DNA from: Polyangiaceae bacterium
GTDB taxonomy: Bacteria; Myxococcota_A; Polyangia; Polyangiales; Polyangiaceae
Assembly (NCBI GenBank): GCA_050287085.1
Contig: JBNKBE010000017.1
Location: forward strand, 84,531-148,530
Direction: 5' to 3'
Length of the DNA stretch: 64,000 nt
This document shows, piece by piece, positions 1-10,696 of this stretch (positions are counted from its first letter, which is position 1; the number at the start of each line of letters is the position of its first letter). A program made the position numbers and the translations under genes. The notes beneath the pieces were generated by a model, which did not search any database, had not been told where the DNA came from, and worked only from the letters and a program-made list of their open reading frames with translations.

Positions 1-85
1 CCTCGGCCAGTCGGGCGGCGAATGCGTCAATGTCCGGAGCCTGTGGAGCAACTAGTCCCCACCCGAAAACAGCGATGCGACTCAT
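1..85 (-). CDS. 5' end of a probable beta-ketoacyl synthase N-terminal-like protein (runs off the window)
   Basis: ATG at 85 reads MSRIAVFGWGLVAPQAPDIDAFAARLAE, resembling the 'R-I/V-A-V-x-G-x-G-x-V-x-P' start of ketosynthase N-termini. Only 28 codons are visible. Confidence 0.45.
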   Translation of the reverse strand, partial: MSRIAVFGWGLVAPQAPDIDAFAARLAE

Positions 86-579
86 TTGAAGCCCAGACCA
101 TCGTCCTCGACGCGGCAAGAGTCAAGCGCCACGCGGCAGCGCCAAGCTTTGAGCGGAGGTGCAGGGCGCGAGCGTGAGCGCTCCCCGCGCTTTGGGGTTC
201 GGCCGGTGGGAGGGGGTTCGGTCTTGGGGAGCCGGTTGCAGCACCGCCTTGCTGATGATTGCGTGCGGGCCGCGAGGGCAACGGTTTCGTCAGAACCGGG
301 ATTGGGGACATGAGCACCGCACGCAGGCCGCACGGGTTGTCTCGAATCCACGGGCGAGCGTCTTCCTCGAAGGCTACGTCGAGGCTCTGAAGCACGGCCT
401 GGCGGGAGTGCTTACAAAGGGGCGCCGCGACGCTCCGTGCTACGCACGAGTGAAGCGTGTGGACTGGCGCTGCGCGTACCCGTCGTCGCAACCGGGCAAG
501 GCGATGCCCTCAAGAGATAGAACACCCAATGGGAGGCCTTTGGGGCGGCGGCCTGGAGCCGCGTCCGGGAGAGGGCCGC

Positions 580-3500
580 CTAGCCAAGCGCAATGCCAAG
601 CCGGCGCCGAAGCGCAAAATACGGCTCGCTCATGGCGTAGCGACAAAGCTCTGCGAGTCGCTCGTCCGCGCTCGCTACGGCAAAGGGCTCGCGCGCCTCA
701 CGAATAGCACAGACCACGACGTCCAGATCGTCACAGACCAATAGGGCGAGTCGATCCGACGTATAGTCAACACCCTTGCCCCAGGCCTTGAGGTCGACCT
801 GGGCGTGCTCTTTCGTGAGCTGCGCGGACAACCAAGAGAGGCGCTCTACCTGCTCAGCACTCAGCTGCTCTTCCAACCACTCAGCGGCGGTAAGGATGTC
901 CTCCCTCAGCTCCGAGGGCACTTCGCAATGGGGATGCACCTGCAGCAGCCCAGCGAGGAACCACACCTTGAGTTCGCCCGTGCCCCCTAACAACCCGTGC
1001 AACAACACCCCCGGCAGAACCCTCATGAGGCCCCTTGCCGCCACCACGGCCGCCTCACGCAAGTCGCTCCGCGAATCCATCCCGGTACGGCCGACGACAA
1101 GTACGTTTGGATTGTCCGGCAACAACGACAAGGGCTCGTCGTTCCAGGGCTCCGCCACGACCGAGGGTATGGGCTGAGCCAGGACATCCGCGATATAAGC
1201 CAGCGAGCTAAGAACCGGGCTCGCGTGACCAATGGGATTGATTGGCTCGAATTGTGGGTAGCGCTCGGGATAACCCAGTGCACTTGCCATGGCAATTGAC
1301 GGGGCGAGTATCGCGAGAAACGAGGTAAGCTGAGAATCTGCTGCGGGGTGCAAAATGACACTCACCCATTCCTCCGGCAGCAACCCCTCTGTAAAGACCG
1401 CACCCTGTCGACTCTTGAAGCGCTCAAAGAACGCAAGCTCCTCGCCCGAAGCCAGCTCCAGGGCACACAACACACGCACCACACACCACGTCGCGTCGGA
1501 ATTGCGTGCGTACGCGTAGAGCTGGCGCAAAGCCGCGATCGCCTCGGCGCGCAGGGGTTCCTTGTCGAGCGCGCGCTGATTGAGAGCAATCGCCTTGTCG
1601 AGATATTGCTCCGGATGGGCGGTGTAAGCCCGCGTGAGGTAGTCGACAAGCGCCTCGTTGTCGGGCTCGAGTTCCAGAGCCCCCTCGTGCACGGCGATGG
1701 CCTGCCGAACGCTTCCCATCTTATTCAGATAGACATCCGCAAGCTCACCCAATGCGGCCATCATCCGCCCCTTGTCGTGGTGCTTGCTCGCAATTCGAAT
1801 CTCGCGCTTCAGCAGCTCTGCCAGCCGACGGCCATCGCCACTAACGCGGCTGAGCTTGAGCGCCGACTGGACCAAATCCTCGGCGTCGGGATCCAGCGCC
1901 AGCGCTTCGTCGAGCAGACGAGTACCGCGCGCAACGTCTCCGAGCTTGCGTTCCGCCACCAGTGCGGCGGTGCGGTAGTAGCGAGCCTTTGCCACTGGGT
2001 CATCGAGCAGCTGGACCAGCTTGAGGATGACAGCCACAACCGACTTCCAACGTTCTAGATCACAATAGACGTGCAGCAATTTGAGCAAGACACGTCGATC
2101 TTGCGGCCAGCCGCGATGTGCCGTTAGGTAATTCTGAGCTGCGTACTCTGGCTCGTCCAATCGCTCCAGCGCCAGATCACCAAGTTCAACTAGTAGCTCG
2201 TAGCGGCGTTCCCCTTCCGCAAACTCCAGCTCTGAATAGAGCGTCTCAGCCATATCCTTCCAGAGCCCCTGTTGCTCGAAACAGTGGCTGAGCACCTGCA
2301 AAGCGTTCGGCTGGGCCGCGTCCAGGGCCAAAGACTCCTGCAGCGCGGCTATTGCTTCTGCGAATGAACGCACTTGCGCAGCTGACGTGCCGAGCCTGAA
2401 AAGCGTCTCGGCCCGCTCGCTGACGGGCGCGTCGTCCCCTTGCAGTCGCAACAGTCTCCGCTGCAAGATGAGCGAACGCTCGGGTTCCGCGGCTTCGAAT
2501 GCGATTTCCGCCGCACAAGCGAGCACGCTCAATTCGCCGGGTCGCTCCTGCTGCAGCTTAGAGATCGCCTCGAGTGCCAGCTCAGCCCGCCCACTCTGTT
2601 GCAGAGCGCGGGCGTACATCGTGCCAACTCGTGCACCGTCAGCACCCAGCCGATCAAGGCGAGGAGCCAAGTGCTGCAAATGCTGGGCGGCAGCGCCGTA
2701 TCGCTCCGCCCTATAGGCGATCACGCCACGCACCAGGTTCGCATCCAGATTGCTCGCGTCCAGGCCTTGTGCGCGGATCGCCATTTGCTCCGCCTCCGCG
2801 TCGTCCCGCAAGCGCTCGTGGTAGAGGCGTGCCAACTCACCGTAGAGACGCGCCTGCGCTTGAGCGCCCCGCACGCGTCGCAAGTCGCTCTTCAGCAGCT
2901 CCGCAAGTGCTGCGTAGTCGCCCGCCTGCTCGTACGCTTCGCGCAACGTTTCGACGAATGCGCGGGCCGCCGGATTCTCTTCGACGGCCGCCTTGTACCT
3001 TTCGAGCGCCTCATCTGTATGCCCTGCGCGATCGAGCAAGCGCCCCACCGCGTAGTAATGCGCCCCCTTTTCGTCGTCATCCACGTGATCGCCCACTTCG
3101 TCGATCAGCGCGAGTGCTCCCTCCAGGTCTCCCGCACCCATTCGCAGCTCAGCGAGGCGAAGCAATAGCTCCGGGTCGTCGGGATGGACAGCGCATAGTC
3201 CCTCCAGCACAAGAACGGCCGCGTTCCAGTCTCCCAATCGTTCGACCAACAGCTCGGCCAAGGCAAGCCCCGTAGCGCGATGGGCCTCTCCGTCACGAAG
3301 CGCGAGCAGACCGCGACAAGCACTGACTACGTTCGTCCAGTCTTCGTCGGCCGCATACAGCCGAACCAACGCCTCCAGCGCTTCGCCGGCGGACGGTGCC
3401 AGGGTCAAAGCTTTCTCGTACGCGTTGATGGCAGCGTGTCGATCGAGATATTCCCCCTCGTAGAGACATGCGATCCGTACCCACAACGCCGCCTTTTGCC

Positions 3501-6500
3501 GTGGCGTTGCCACCAGGTCCAGTTGATGAATGAGTACGTCGAGCAGCTCCTGAAAGCGGCCGCCGCCCGCCAGTAGCTGAGCCAGAGCATCGAGTGGCTC
3601 CCGATGCCCTGGGCTAGCCTCGAGCGCCCGGCGATACAACGCCGCGGCCGTACTCACCTCACCTACGCGCTCAGTCCAGATTCGAGCCGCCGCACACAAT
3701 AGCTGGCAGCGACTCTCTCCCCGTTTGACCTCGGCTCGCGCAACTTGCAAGGCAGCCGCTTCACTCCAATCTTGGCGTTCCAACAGGTACCCAAGAAGGC
3801 CCTCGGCTGCTGCGTTGTGCCCCGGATCGATATCAAAAACCCGTCGATACAGGGACACAGCGGTGTCCCACGCGCCAAGTCGCTCGCCGTAGACAGTGGC
3901 TGCCTCTGCCAGCATATCACGTGCCTCAACTGGGGGCGTATAGGGCCGCGATGCGAGTTCAACCAGCAACGCCCCCAGTTCGTCAAAGCGCTGTTGCCTT
4001 CTGAGAAGAGCCGACAGCGACTCGAACGCGCGGGAAAACGCAACGGAGGCGCGGAGTACGAGTTGTCCCGCCGTGCTCGTATTATCACCGGCGGCATCAG
4101 CGGTGAGGCGATCGCCCTCCGCCAGCGGGTCCATCGACGCCGGTGCTTTGCCTTTGACGTCTACGGCCTCGAGCACCATCCGCCAGCTCTGTTCCGCAGC
4201 CGCGAGATCTCCGCTCAGGTCGTACCAACGGGCGAGCGCGTTGAGCACCGTGAGTCGTCCCGCCGTCATCGGCGTGCCGGGCGTGGGCGCCACGTAGGCC
4301 AAGCAAGCTTCAATCACACGCGCCCAGCCCCCCGAATGGGCCCCCGCAAGCCGTTCGATCGCGACTGCCAGAGAACGCTCCTCCGGGTCGAGACAAAAAG
4401 CCTCCACGTACATATCGAGAGCGGCAAGAAAATCGCCCAATCCAGATTCCAACGCTACCGCGGTGCGCGTGAGCAGACGCGCGCGCTCCCCCGGCTTGAC
4501 GATCTTGGAGGCGTGAGCGCGCGTCAGCTCCACCAGCGACTCAAACTCCTTGAGCTCTTCATAGAGCGCGGCCAAGGGAGATAGAATTGCCAAGTCGCCG
4601 GGGTGAATCTCCAGAGCGGCCAGATACGCCGACTTCGCCCCGCCTGGATGGGCGCCAGGGCTGAGATAGACATGGGCCGCCTCTTCCAGTAGGCGAACCC
4701 TGACGTCCGGCTCGGAGGTGTCGCCTAAGTCATGAGCCAGCCGCCACAAAGCGTCCCCGACACCACGCGCCTCCGCACCGCTGCGAACACACTGCAACAC
4801 CTCGAGCAAACGACGACGGTCAGCGGGGATCTCCCGAAGTGATGCCAGGCGCTCGTCCAACAGGGCTGCAGCGGCCCGCGGCGGCGGCGGAAGCGAAACG
4901 CCACCGCTGCTCTGCAGCTCGGCCAAGAACTCGCCCGCGCTACCAGGCCTGCGGTGGGGGTCTTTGTCGAGCGCACGCAGAACCAAGCGCTCGACGTTCG
5001 ACGGAAGTGCTCGTGCTCCATCCAGTGCGTCAAGCCCTGGCGGCGTCTCGGACAGATGAGCCATGAGCAGTTCCTGGGGACTGCCCGCCGAGAAGAGGGG
5101 TTGTCCCGTCAGAAGCTCGTAGATTAGTGCGGCCAGAGCGTAGACGTCACTGGCCGGAGTAGGTTCCGCCCCTTTGATCAGTTCTGGCGCCAGCGCCAGC
5201 GTGGGTGCATGGGCCAGGGTGCCGTCCCAAAGCCAATTGCGCCCGAGCCCGAGCAATTGCACATCGTGCTCGCCCTTTGAGTCGAGAACGAGAATATTCC
5301 TGGCGGCAAGTTGGCCATGAATCACACCCGCTTCGTGCAATTTCACGACCGGTTCGAGCACCTTTCGGAGCAGCTTGCGCGCCGCGCCAAAAGCCATGCC
5401 GCCGCTCACGCTCAGGCGTTCGCTAAGCAACTGGCCCGACTTGTAGTCGGCTACGACGGCATAGAGCCCGTCCAACGACTCCAACCTGACGTTGGACTCC
5501 AGCGCCGGATGAGACACCCCCGCCGCTCTGCGCAACGCGTGGCGTAAGCGCTGAAGTCGAGCGCTGTCCACACTCGCGTAATAACCGAGAACCTGGAGGC
5601 GATAGTCTGCTCCATCGCGCCGCGCCCAGAAGTTGGCGCTCGAGACGTCGCGGTCGAGCTCCCTGAGCAACAGATACCCCCCCAGTTCATCCCCCCGCTC
5701 GAGGGCGGGAGCACCCGCGACACCGGCGCTTACGTGCAGCTGCAATAGGGGATGTAGGTCGGCGTGGTGACAGCGAACAGCATCCAGCAGAGCCAACACC
5801 GAGTCCTCCTCGATAGCCGTCTCCACCAGACGCCGCGCCAACGCCGGCCGCGCTTGCGGAAAGCCAGGTTCCAAGACAATCTGCCCTGTTCCCCCTCCGC
5901 CCTGCTGCGCAACGAGCTCCAGCAGCTCCTCCACCGCGAAGCGGCGCTCAAGCTCATTGGTCAGCTGCCGTAGCAACCCTGGATCGTAATAGCGACGACG
6001 TATGGGGAAGCCGGCGCTGCCCGCCTGCTCCCCCGGCGGCACTGACGCTGGCCCCCGCTGAGCGCGATGTCGCGGCTGCGGCGCATCCTGCGCGACCGTT
6101 GAGGCCGCCGCGGATACGGAAACCCGACGCAACAACAACTCCGTCGGCGGCGGCAATGGCGCCGGCGGCAAAACGGGATGTGGACTCCGTGGGGGCTCGC
6201 CCCCGGGCAAGCGCGAAGACCGCGCGCTCCCACCGCTCGATCGCACCGGAGGCGGAGGACTCAAACGCGGCAGCTCGAGTGACGAACGCGGGACCCCGAT
6301 CTTGAGGTCTGGAGGGGGCCTGGACACGACGGCCGCGTACGGCGAGTCCGGCGGCAGAGCCAGAGGCGGGGGCGGCCGGACGTGGCTGCGCACGGGGACC
6401 GACGATGCTTGGCCGCTGGACGGCACCCACGGCTCCGACGCAGACGCCTCGCGCTCACCTCCGGCACCACGGGCCGAGGACGGAACGAAGAGTGGGGCTT

Positions 6501-6522
6501 CGGGCAGGGGGGGCGGCTTCAT
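580..6522 (-). CDS. Giant Ser/Thr-kinase-like (degenerate) TPR protein
   Basis: 2008-aa ORF (580..6606), likely ATG at 6522. Pro-rich N-terminus, kinase fold (LAPE...SDVYALAALIYELLTG..F, RP motif), long TPR-like helical array, C-terminal 'DRLALLVCDDL...YFALRRRLG' domain. Confidence 0.85.
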   Translation of the reverse strand: MKPPPLPEAPLFVPSSARGAGGEREASASEPWVPSSGQASSVPVRSHVRPPPPLALPPDSPYAAVVSRPPPDLKIGVPRSSLELPRLSPPPPVRSSGGSARSSRLPGGEPPRSPHPVLPPAPLPPPTELLLRRVSVSAAASTVAQDAPQPRHRAQRGPASVPPGEQAGSAGFPIRRRYYDPGLLRQLTNELERRFAVEELLELVAQQGGGGTGQIVLEPGFPQARPALARRLVETAIEEDSVLALLDAVRCHHADLHPLLQLHVSAGVAGAPALERGDELGGYLLLRELDRDVSSANFWARRDGADYRLQVLGYYASVDSARLQRLRHALRRAAGVSHPALESNVRLESLDGLYAVVADYKSGQLLSERLSVSGGMAFGAARKLLRKVLEPVVKLHEAGVIHGQLAARNILVLDSKGEHDVQLLGLGRNWLWDGTLAHAPTLALAPELIKGAEPTPASDVYALAALIYELLTGQPLFSAGSPQELLMAHLSETPPGLDALDGARALPSNVERLVLRALDKDPHRRPGSAGEFLAELQSSGGVSLPPPPRAAAALLDERLASLREIPADRRRLLEVLQCVRSGAEARGVGDALWRLAHDLGDTSEPDVRVRLLEEAAHVYLSPGAHPGGAKSAYLAALEIHPGDLAILSPLAALYEELKEFESLVELTRAHASKIVKPGERARLLTRTAVALESGLGDFLAALDMYVEAFCLDPEERSLAVAIERLAGAHSGGWARVIEACLAYVAPTPGTPMTAGRLTVLNALARWYDLSGDLAAAEQSWRMVLEAVDVKGKAPASMDPLAEGDRLTADAAGDNTSTAGQLVLRASVAFSRAFESLSALLRRQQRFDELGALLVELASRPYTPPVEARDMLAEAATVYGERLGAWDTAVSLYRRVFDIDPGHNAAAEGLLGYLLERQDWSEAAALQVARAEVKRGESRCQLLCAAARIWTERVGEVSTAAALYRRALEASPGHREPLDALAQLLAGGGRFQELLDVLIHQLDLVATPRQKAALWVRIACLYEGEYLDRHAAINAYEKALTLAPSAGEALEALVRLYAADEDWTNVVSACRGLLALRDGEAHRATGLALAELLVERLGDWNAAVLVLEGLCAVHPDDPELLLRLAELRMGAGDLEGALALIDEVGDHVDDDEKGAHYYAVGRLLDRAGHTDEALERYKAAVEENPAARAFVETLREAYEQAGDYAALAELLKSDLRRVRGAQAQARLYGELARLYHERLRDDAEAEQMAIRAQGLDASNLDANLVRGVIAYRAERYGAAAQHLQHLAPRLDRLGADGARVGTMYARALQQSGRAELALEAISKLQQERPGELSVLACAAEIAFEAAEPERSLILQRRLLRLQGDDAPVSERAETLFRLGTSAAQVRSFAEAIAALQESLALDAAQPNALQVLSHCFEQQGLWKDMAETLYSELEFAEGERRYELLVELGDLALERLDEPEYAAQNYLTAHRGWPQDRRVLLKLLHVYCDLERWKSVVAVILKLVQLLDDPVAKARYYRTAALVAERKLGDVARGTRLLDEALALDPDAEDLVQSALKLSRVSGDGRRLAELLKREIRIASKHHDKGRMMAALGELADVYLNKMGSVRQAIAVHEGALELEPDNEALVDYLTRAYTAHPEQYLDKAIALNQRALDKEPLRAEAIAALRQLYAYARNSDATWCVVRVLCALELASGEELAFFERFKSRQGAVFTEGLLPEEWVSVILHPAADSQLTSFLAILAPSIAMASALGYPERYPQFEPINPIGHASPVLSSLAYIADVLAQPIPSVVAEPWNDEPLSLLPDNPNVLVVGRTGMDSRSDLREAAVVAARGLMRVLPGVLLHGLLGGTGELKVWFLAGLLQVHPHCEVPSELREDILTAAEWLEEQLSAEQVERLSWLSAQLTKEHAQVDLKAWGKGVDYTSDRLALLVCDDLDVVVCAIREAREPFAVASADERLAELCRYAMSEPYFALRRRLGIALG

Positions 6523-6916
6523 GATCGGGTGCCGGAAACGACTGAAGGGGCCGGCAACGATCAACGCTGCACCCCCATGCACCGACAGGGTTACAGATGC
6601 ACCCACACAAGGGCAAGCCCAAAGCAGCGCGCGCCGGCCTCTCGAGCGCGGCTAGCCTCTCCAGCACCCCGTGCTTGGCCGCCACAGTCGAAAAACAACG
6701 TCAAGACGCCCGAGTTGCAGCACGACCGGAAACATGGCCCAACCACAGTTCCCAATTGCACCAGCCGCAGGCGAAGCGCACTTTGCAGCCGCCAGTACCG
6801 GCAGAACGGGGCCTCTCAGCGAGGCCTCGCGTCCCTGCCAACACCCAAGTCGTCTGCGAGGTCACATCTGCTGGCCGCGGCGTCACCCGCTCCTGGGAGA
6901 ACCCAGGTGCCCGCAG

Positions 6917-7429
6917 CTAGCTCAACTTGACGTCAAAACCCGGACCACATTTGCGCTGAACAGCGTCCTGCAGTGCGGTTCGCACCCAGGGCTTGTGATC
7001 TTGCCCCAGTGCGTCTGCGTAATACCAGGCGGTCAGGGGCGTGATCAGCTTGCGCCCTCTCTCCAGCTCAACGACACGCGGAGCCGATACCTCCAGGGAA
7101 CGAGCCATCGCGCGCAGCGACACCCCGGACTTGAGTCTAAGATTCTTCAACGCCTCACCGGTGTTGGGAGCAGCGACCTTCTTCGACCGAACTTTGACCG
7201 TGTATTCGATCTCCGCCTCGTTCAGCCACCCCTGCAGGACGAGCTCGACAAGCACTCTTTGCTGCACCCCCAATGCCTCGGCGAGGCCAAGGGTTCGCTC
7301 CAGACCCAGCAGGCCCTTGCCACGCTCCAGATCACCGATGCGGGCTCGGCTAATGCCGCTTCGTCGAGCAAGCTCGGGTTGACTTAGATTAAGCCGTTGA
7401 CGGCGCTCTATGATGAGTTCAGCTAGCAT
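6917..7429 (-). CDS. Tandem XRE/Cro-C1 helix-turn-helix protein (two HTH units)
   Basis: Two similar units: RRQRLNLSQPELARRSGISRARIGDLERG...LAEALG and LRLKSGVSLRAMARSLEVSAPRVVELERG...YADALG. Confidence 0.85.
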   Translation of the reverse strand: MLAELIIERRQRLNLSQPELARRSGISRARIGDLERGKGLLGLERTLGLAEALGVQQRVLVELVLQGWLNEAEIEYTVKVRSKKVAAPNTGEALKNLRLKSGVSLRAMARSLEVSAPRVVELERGRKLITPLTAWYYADALGQDHKPWVRTALQDAVQRKCGPGFDVKLS

Positions 7430-8258
7430 CGGTGATTGTCTCTACAACGGAGAGCATTGGGAGTCCAGATCGGTTTGCATCAAAAAATTACGGACCCGGC
7501 CGGCAATCTCGGCGACATGTTGACAGTACGTTCTCGAAGTTCACCACAAAGCGGCGCCCCACGGACGACTGCCCGCAAACACACCTGGCCTAACAGCTGT
7601 GGCAGCGGCGGATTGACGCGGTAGACTCGCTGCAAACGCGCGACGCAATTCCGAAACATGGCGTTAACGAGACGGTCACTGAACGCTGCAGAAGATGCGA
7701 AGAGGCAACATTTGTCAACGTGAGCGCACCAGTCGCTCCGGGGTTGCGATCACAGACGGCAACCGTCCAGCCGTACCTATCCAAGCCTGCGTGGCCGGAG
7801 CGACCGCGCCGCCCCGCGGCTGCACATCCGTCGAGGCCGTCCTCGCGCGCACTTCCGCGCGTGAGCCGTCCGCGGGCCGCAGGCGGAAGACGCCGCACGC
7901 CGGCGGGCGTCCCAAATTGCGACCCCCGGTATGGGCAATTCCGATGACCGTCGAGAGGCCGTCGACGGGGGGGGGTAGACGTGGGGGCGCCGTCGCCATG
8001 GGACCCGCCACCCCTCTAGCGCCGCAATTCTGCGTCTGCGGCGAATGCCCGGGCCACTAGCGCGGAAATCCAGACCCGTCAAGACCTGGCGCGCCCCGCC
8101 TCGTACAAGCCAGTGAGAGCCGGGAGCACACCGTTTCACCTAAGTCAATGGGGCGAACAATTTTGGACCGCGAGCCCCGGGTTCGCGGCTCATAACAACC
8201 GAGCGCCAAATCTCTGGCGCAGACGGGAAGCGGTCCCGAACAAATGGAAGGAGCATCG

Positions 8259-10682
8259 ATGATGTCGAGTCGTAAGGCGCAGGGACTATGTCTCGGACTG
8301 CGCCGTGCAAACAATCTCATTGCGTTGGTAGCGCTCTCTGCCTGTGGTCATTTGGGCGCGGACGGGGAAAAACGCGACGGTGCTGATGGGGGTTCGACTC
8401 AAGTCATCGATACTGACGGCGACGGGATCCCCGATCTATCGACGACAGACGCAGACGGTGACGGCACCCCCGACGCGTGCGTAGACGAGCGCGAGTTCCT
8501 CGCCACCAAGGCCTGGCCGCAGGTCTTTGCGGCGAAGTGCATGACCTGTCACGGCCCTGGCGGTCCGGCGCAGCAGAAGAACGCGGAGCTCGCCCTGCAG
8601 CCCTCCGCCTATCCGGGCTTCCTGGACTACAACCTAGAGAACGTTCGCGACGTCGCCAAGGTCAAGATCGGCGACACGTCTCGGATCCTGCTCATGGCTC
8701 GGGGCCAAGAGAAGCACGAGGGCGGGGCCGTCTTAGCCGAAGACAGTGCGGAGTACGCGGTTCTAGAGGAGTTCGTCGCCATGCTCAACAGCGGGGAGGC
8801 CGACGACGAGAAGGACGAAGCCAAACAGGCCGCGTGCGCGGCAGCCGCGACCGCCAGCCTAGCGCAAGTGGAACTGCTAGACGCCGCCGGTACATTGCGC
8901 AAGGCCGCTCTCCAGCTCAACGGTCGACTCCCCAAGAAGTCGGAGTTGCGCGCCGTTCGCGACGATGAGGCCGCGCTGCCGGGTACGATCCGCGCCCTTT
9001 TCGAGGAAGACGCATTCTACGAGCGGCTGCTCGAGGTCTTCAACGATCAATGGCTTACCGACCGCTACATCAACAACGGACAAGACCTGCTCAGCAGTCG
9101 TGACTTTCCCAACCTCAATACCTACTACGACGGTCTCTCGGACGCAGACCGCGCACGCGCGCGTCGTTCCATCGCGCGCGAGCCGCTGGAGCTGATGGCC
9201 TACGTGGTCCGCAACAACCGGCCTTTCACTGAGATCGTGACGGCAGACTACACCGTACTCAACGGGTTCACGGCGGAGCTCTACAACGCAAACGTGAAGT
9301 TCGACGACGCGTACAATGAACACGAACTGAAGCCCGGCAAGATTCTAATCGAACGTGAGCGCGAAGATCAGGCGCGCGAGGAGATACCCTGGCCCCACGC
9401 CGGCATCTTGAGTTCGCCGGTGTTTCTCAACCGCTACCCGACGTCGCGAACGAATCGCAACCGACATCGCGCTCGAATCGTGCTCCGGGAGTTCCTCGCA
9501 ACCGACATCTTGAAGGTGGCGGACCGCCCGATCGATCCGACCTCCGCTGTCACGTTTCCCAACCCGACCCAGGACGACCCCACCTGCAAAACATGCCATG
9601 TGGTGATCGACCCGATAGCAGGGGCGTTTCAGCAGTTCAGCGACAATGACCAGGAACAGCACGTGCCGGACCGCGAGTGGTACGGCGACATGGCAGGCCC
9701 GGGCTTCGGCACCAAGCAGATGACCCTGCAGGATATCGCCGACAATCCACTGGCGTGGCTCGGCCGCCAGATCGCAGATGACCCGCGCTTCGCGATCTCC
9801 GTGGTGCGCAACGTATACAAGAGCCTGACGGGGCAAGCTCCGCTCGAGTTCCCTGACGACCCCGCGACGGGCGCCTACGCGGCTTGGCGCGCCCAGGACA
9901 TCACCATCCGCGCTATCACCGACGCCTTTGTTGCCGACGACTACAACCTCAAGACGGTGATCGAAGGAATTGTCCTCAGCCCCTACTACCGTGCGAAGAA
10001 TACCTCATCCACCGCCGAAGGTGAGCTGGCGCAACAGGATGCGGTGGGCACCGCACAACTCCTAACCCCGGAGCTCCTCAATCGGAAGATCAAGGCAGTT
10101 CTTGGACAGGAATGGCTCTCGGGCAACAATCCGGCGCTGCTGGGTGACTATCGGATCCTGTACGGAGGCATCGACTCCGACGCGGTCACCGAACGTCTTA
10201 CGACGCCCAACGGGGTCATGAGCTCCATCATGTGGCGAATGGCCAATGAGATGTCGTGCAGGACCGTCGCAACCGACTTTGCGCGACCGCAAGGCGATCG
10301 CCGCCTATTCGTCGATGTGGAACTCGATACCTTGCCCGTTAACGATCTCAACCGTGAAGACGAAGAAGGTCTCGCGGCGATCCGGAGCAACATCACCTAC
10401 CTCTACGATCGATTCTTGGGCGAAAAGCTTGCCCCTGATTCGGAGGAAGCCGAGCGCGCTTTGAACCTCTTCCTAGACACCTTCTACGAAGGCAACAGCA
10501 AGTTGGCCGACGATCGGATTGGGACGGCACTGCCGCGAGACTGCCAATACCGACGTGACCCGGCCACTGGCGATGAGCTACCAGAAGCTGAGCGCCTCAG
10601 TGATGACCCTCGCTACGTAATGCGCTCTTGGATGGCGCTGACCACCTACCTTCTTTCAGACTACCGCTTCCTCTACGAATAA
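8259..10682 (+). CDS. Lipoprotein with two CxxCH motifs, DUF1588/DUF1592/PSD1-like family
   Basis: GAAGGAG before ATG 8259; lipobox LSAC; CMTCH and CKTCH; HAGILSSPVFLNRYPT..NRNR.RA block typical of these proteins; directly upstream of a DUF1501 gene. Confidence 0.75.
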   Translation: MMSSRKAQGLCLGLRRANNLIALVALSACGHLGADGEKRDGADGGSTQVIDTDGDGIPDLSTTDADGDGTPDACVDEREFLATKAWPQVFAAKCMTCHGPGGPAQQKNAELALQPSAYPGFLDYNLENVRDVAKVKIGDTSRILLMARGQEKHEGGAVLAEDSAEYAVLEEFVAMLNSGEADDEKDEAKQAACAAAATASLAQVELLDAAGTLRKAALQLNGRLPKKSELRAVRDDEAALPGTIRALFEEDAFYERLLEVFNDQWLTDRYINNGQDLLSSRDFPNLNTYYDGLSDADRARARRSIAREPLELMAYVVRNNRPFTEIVTADYTVLNGFTAELYNANVKFDDAYNEHELKPGKILIEREREDQAREEIPWPHAGILSSPVFLNRYPTSRTNRNRHRARIVLREFLATDILKVADRPIDPTSAVTFPNPTQDDPTCKTCHVVIDPIAGAFQQFSDNDQEQHVPDREWYGDMAGPGFGTKQMTLQDIADNPLAWLGRQIADDPRFAISVVRNVYKSLTGQAPLEFPDDPATGAYAAWRAQDITIRAITDAFVADDYNLKTVIEGIVLSPYYRAKNTSSTAEGELAQQDAVGTAQLLTPELLNRKIKAVLGQEWLSGNNPALLGDYRILYGGIDSDAVTERLTTPNGVMSSIMWRMANEMSCRTVATDFARPQGDRRLFVDVELDTLPVNDLNREDEEGLAAIRSNITYLYDRFLGEKLAPDSEEAERALNLFLDTFYEGNSKLADDRIGTALPRDCQYRRDPATGDELPEAERLSDDPRYVMRSWMALTTYLLSDYRFLYE

Positions 10683-10696
10683 GGACACCCCAGCCG

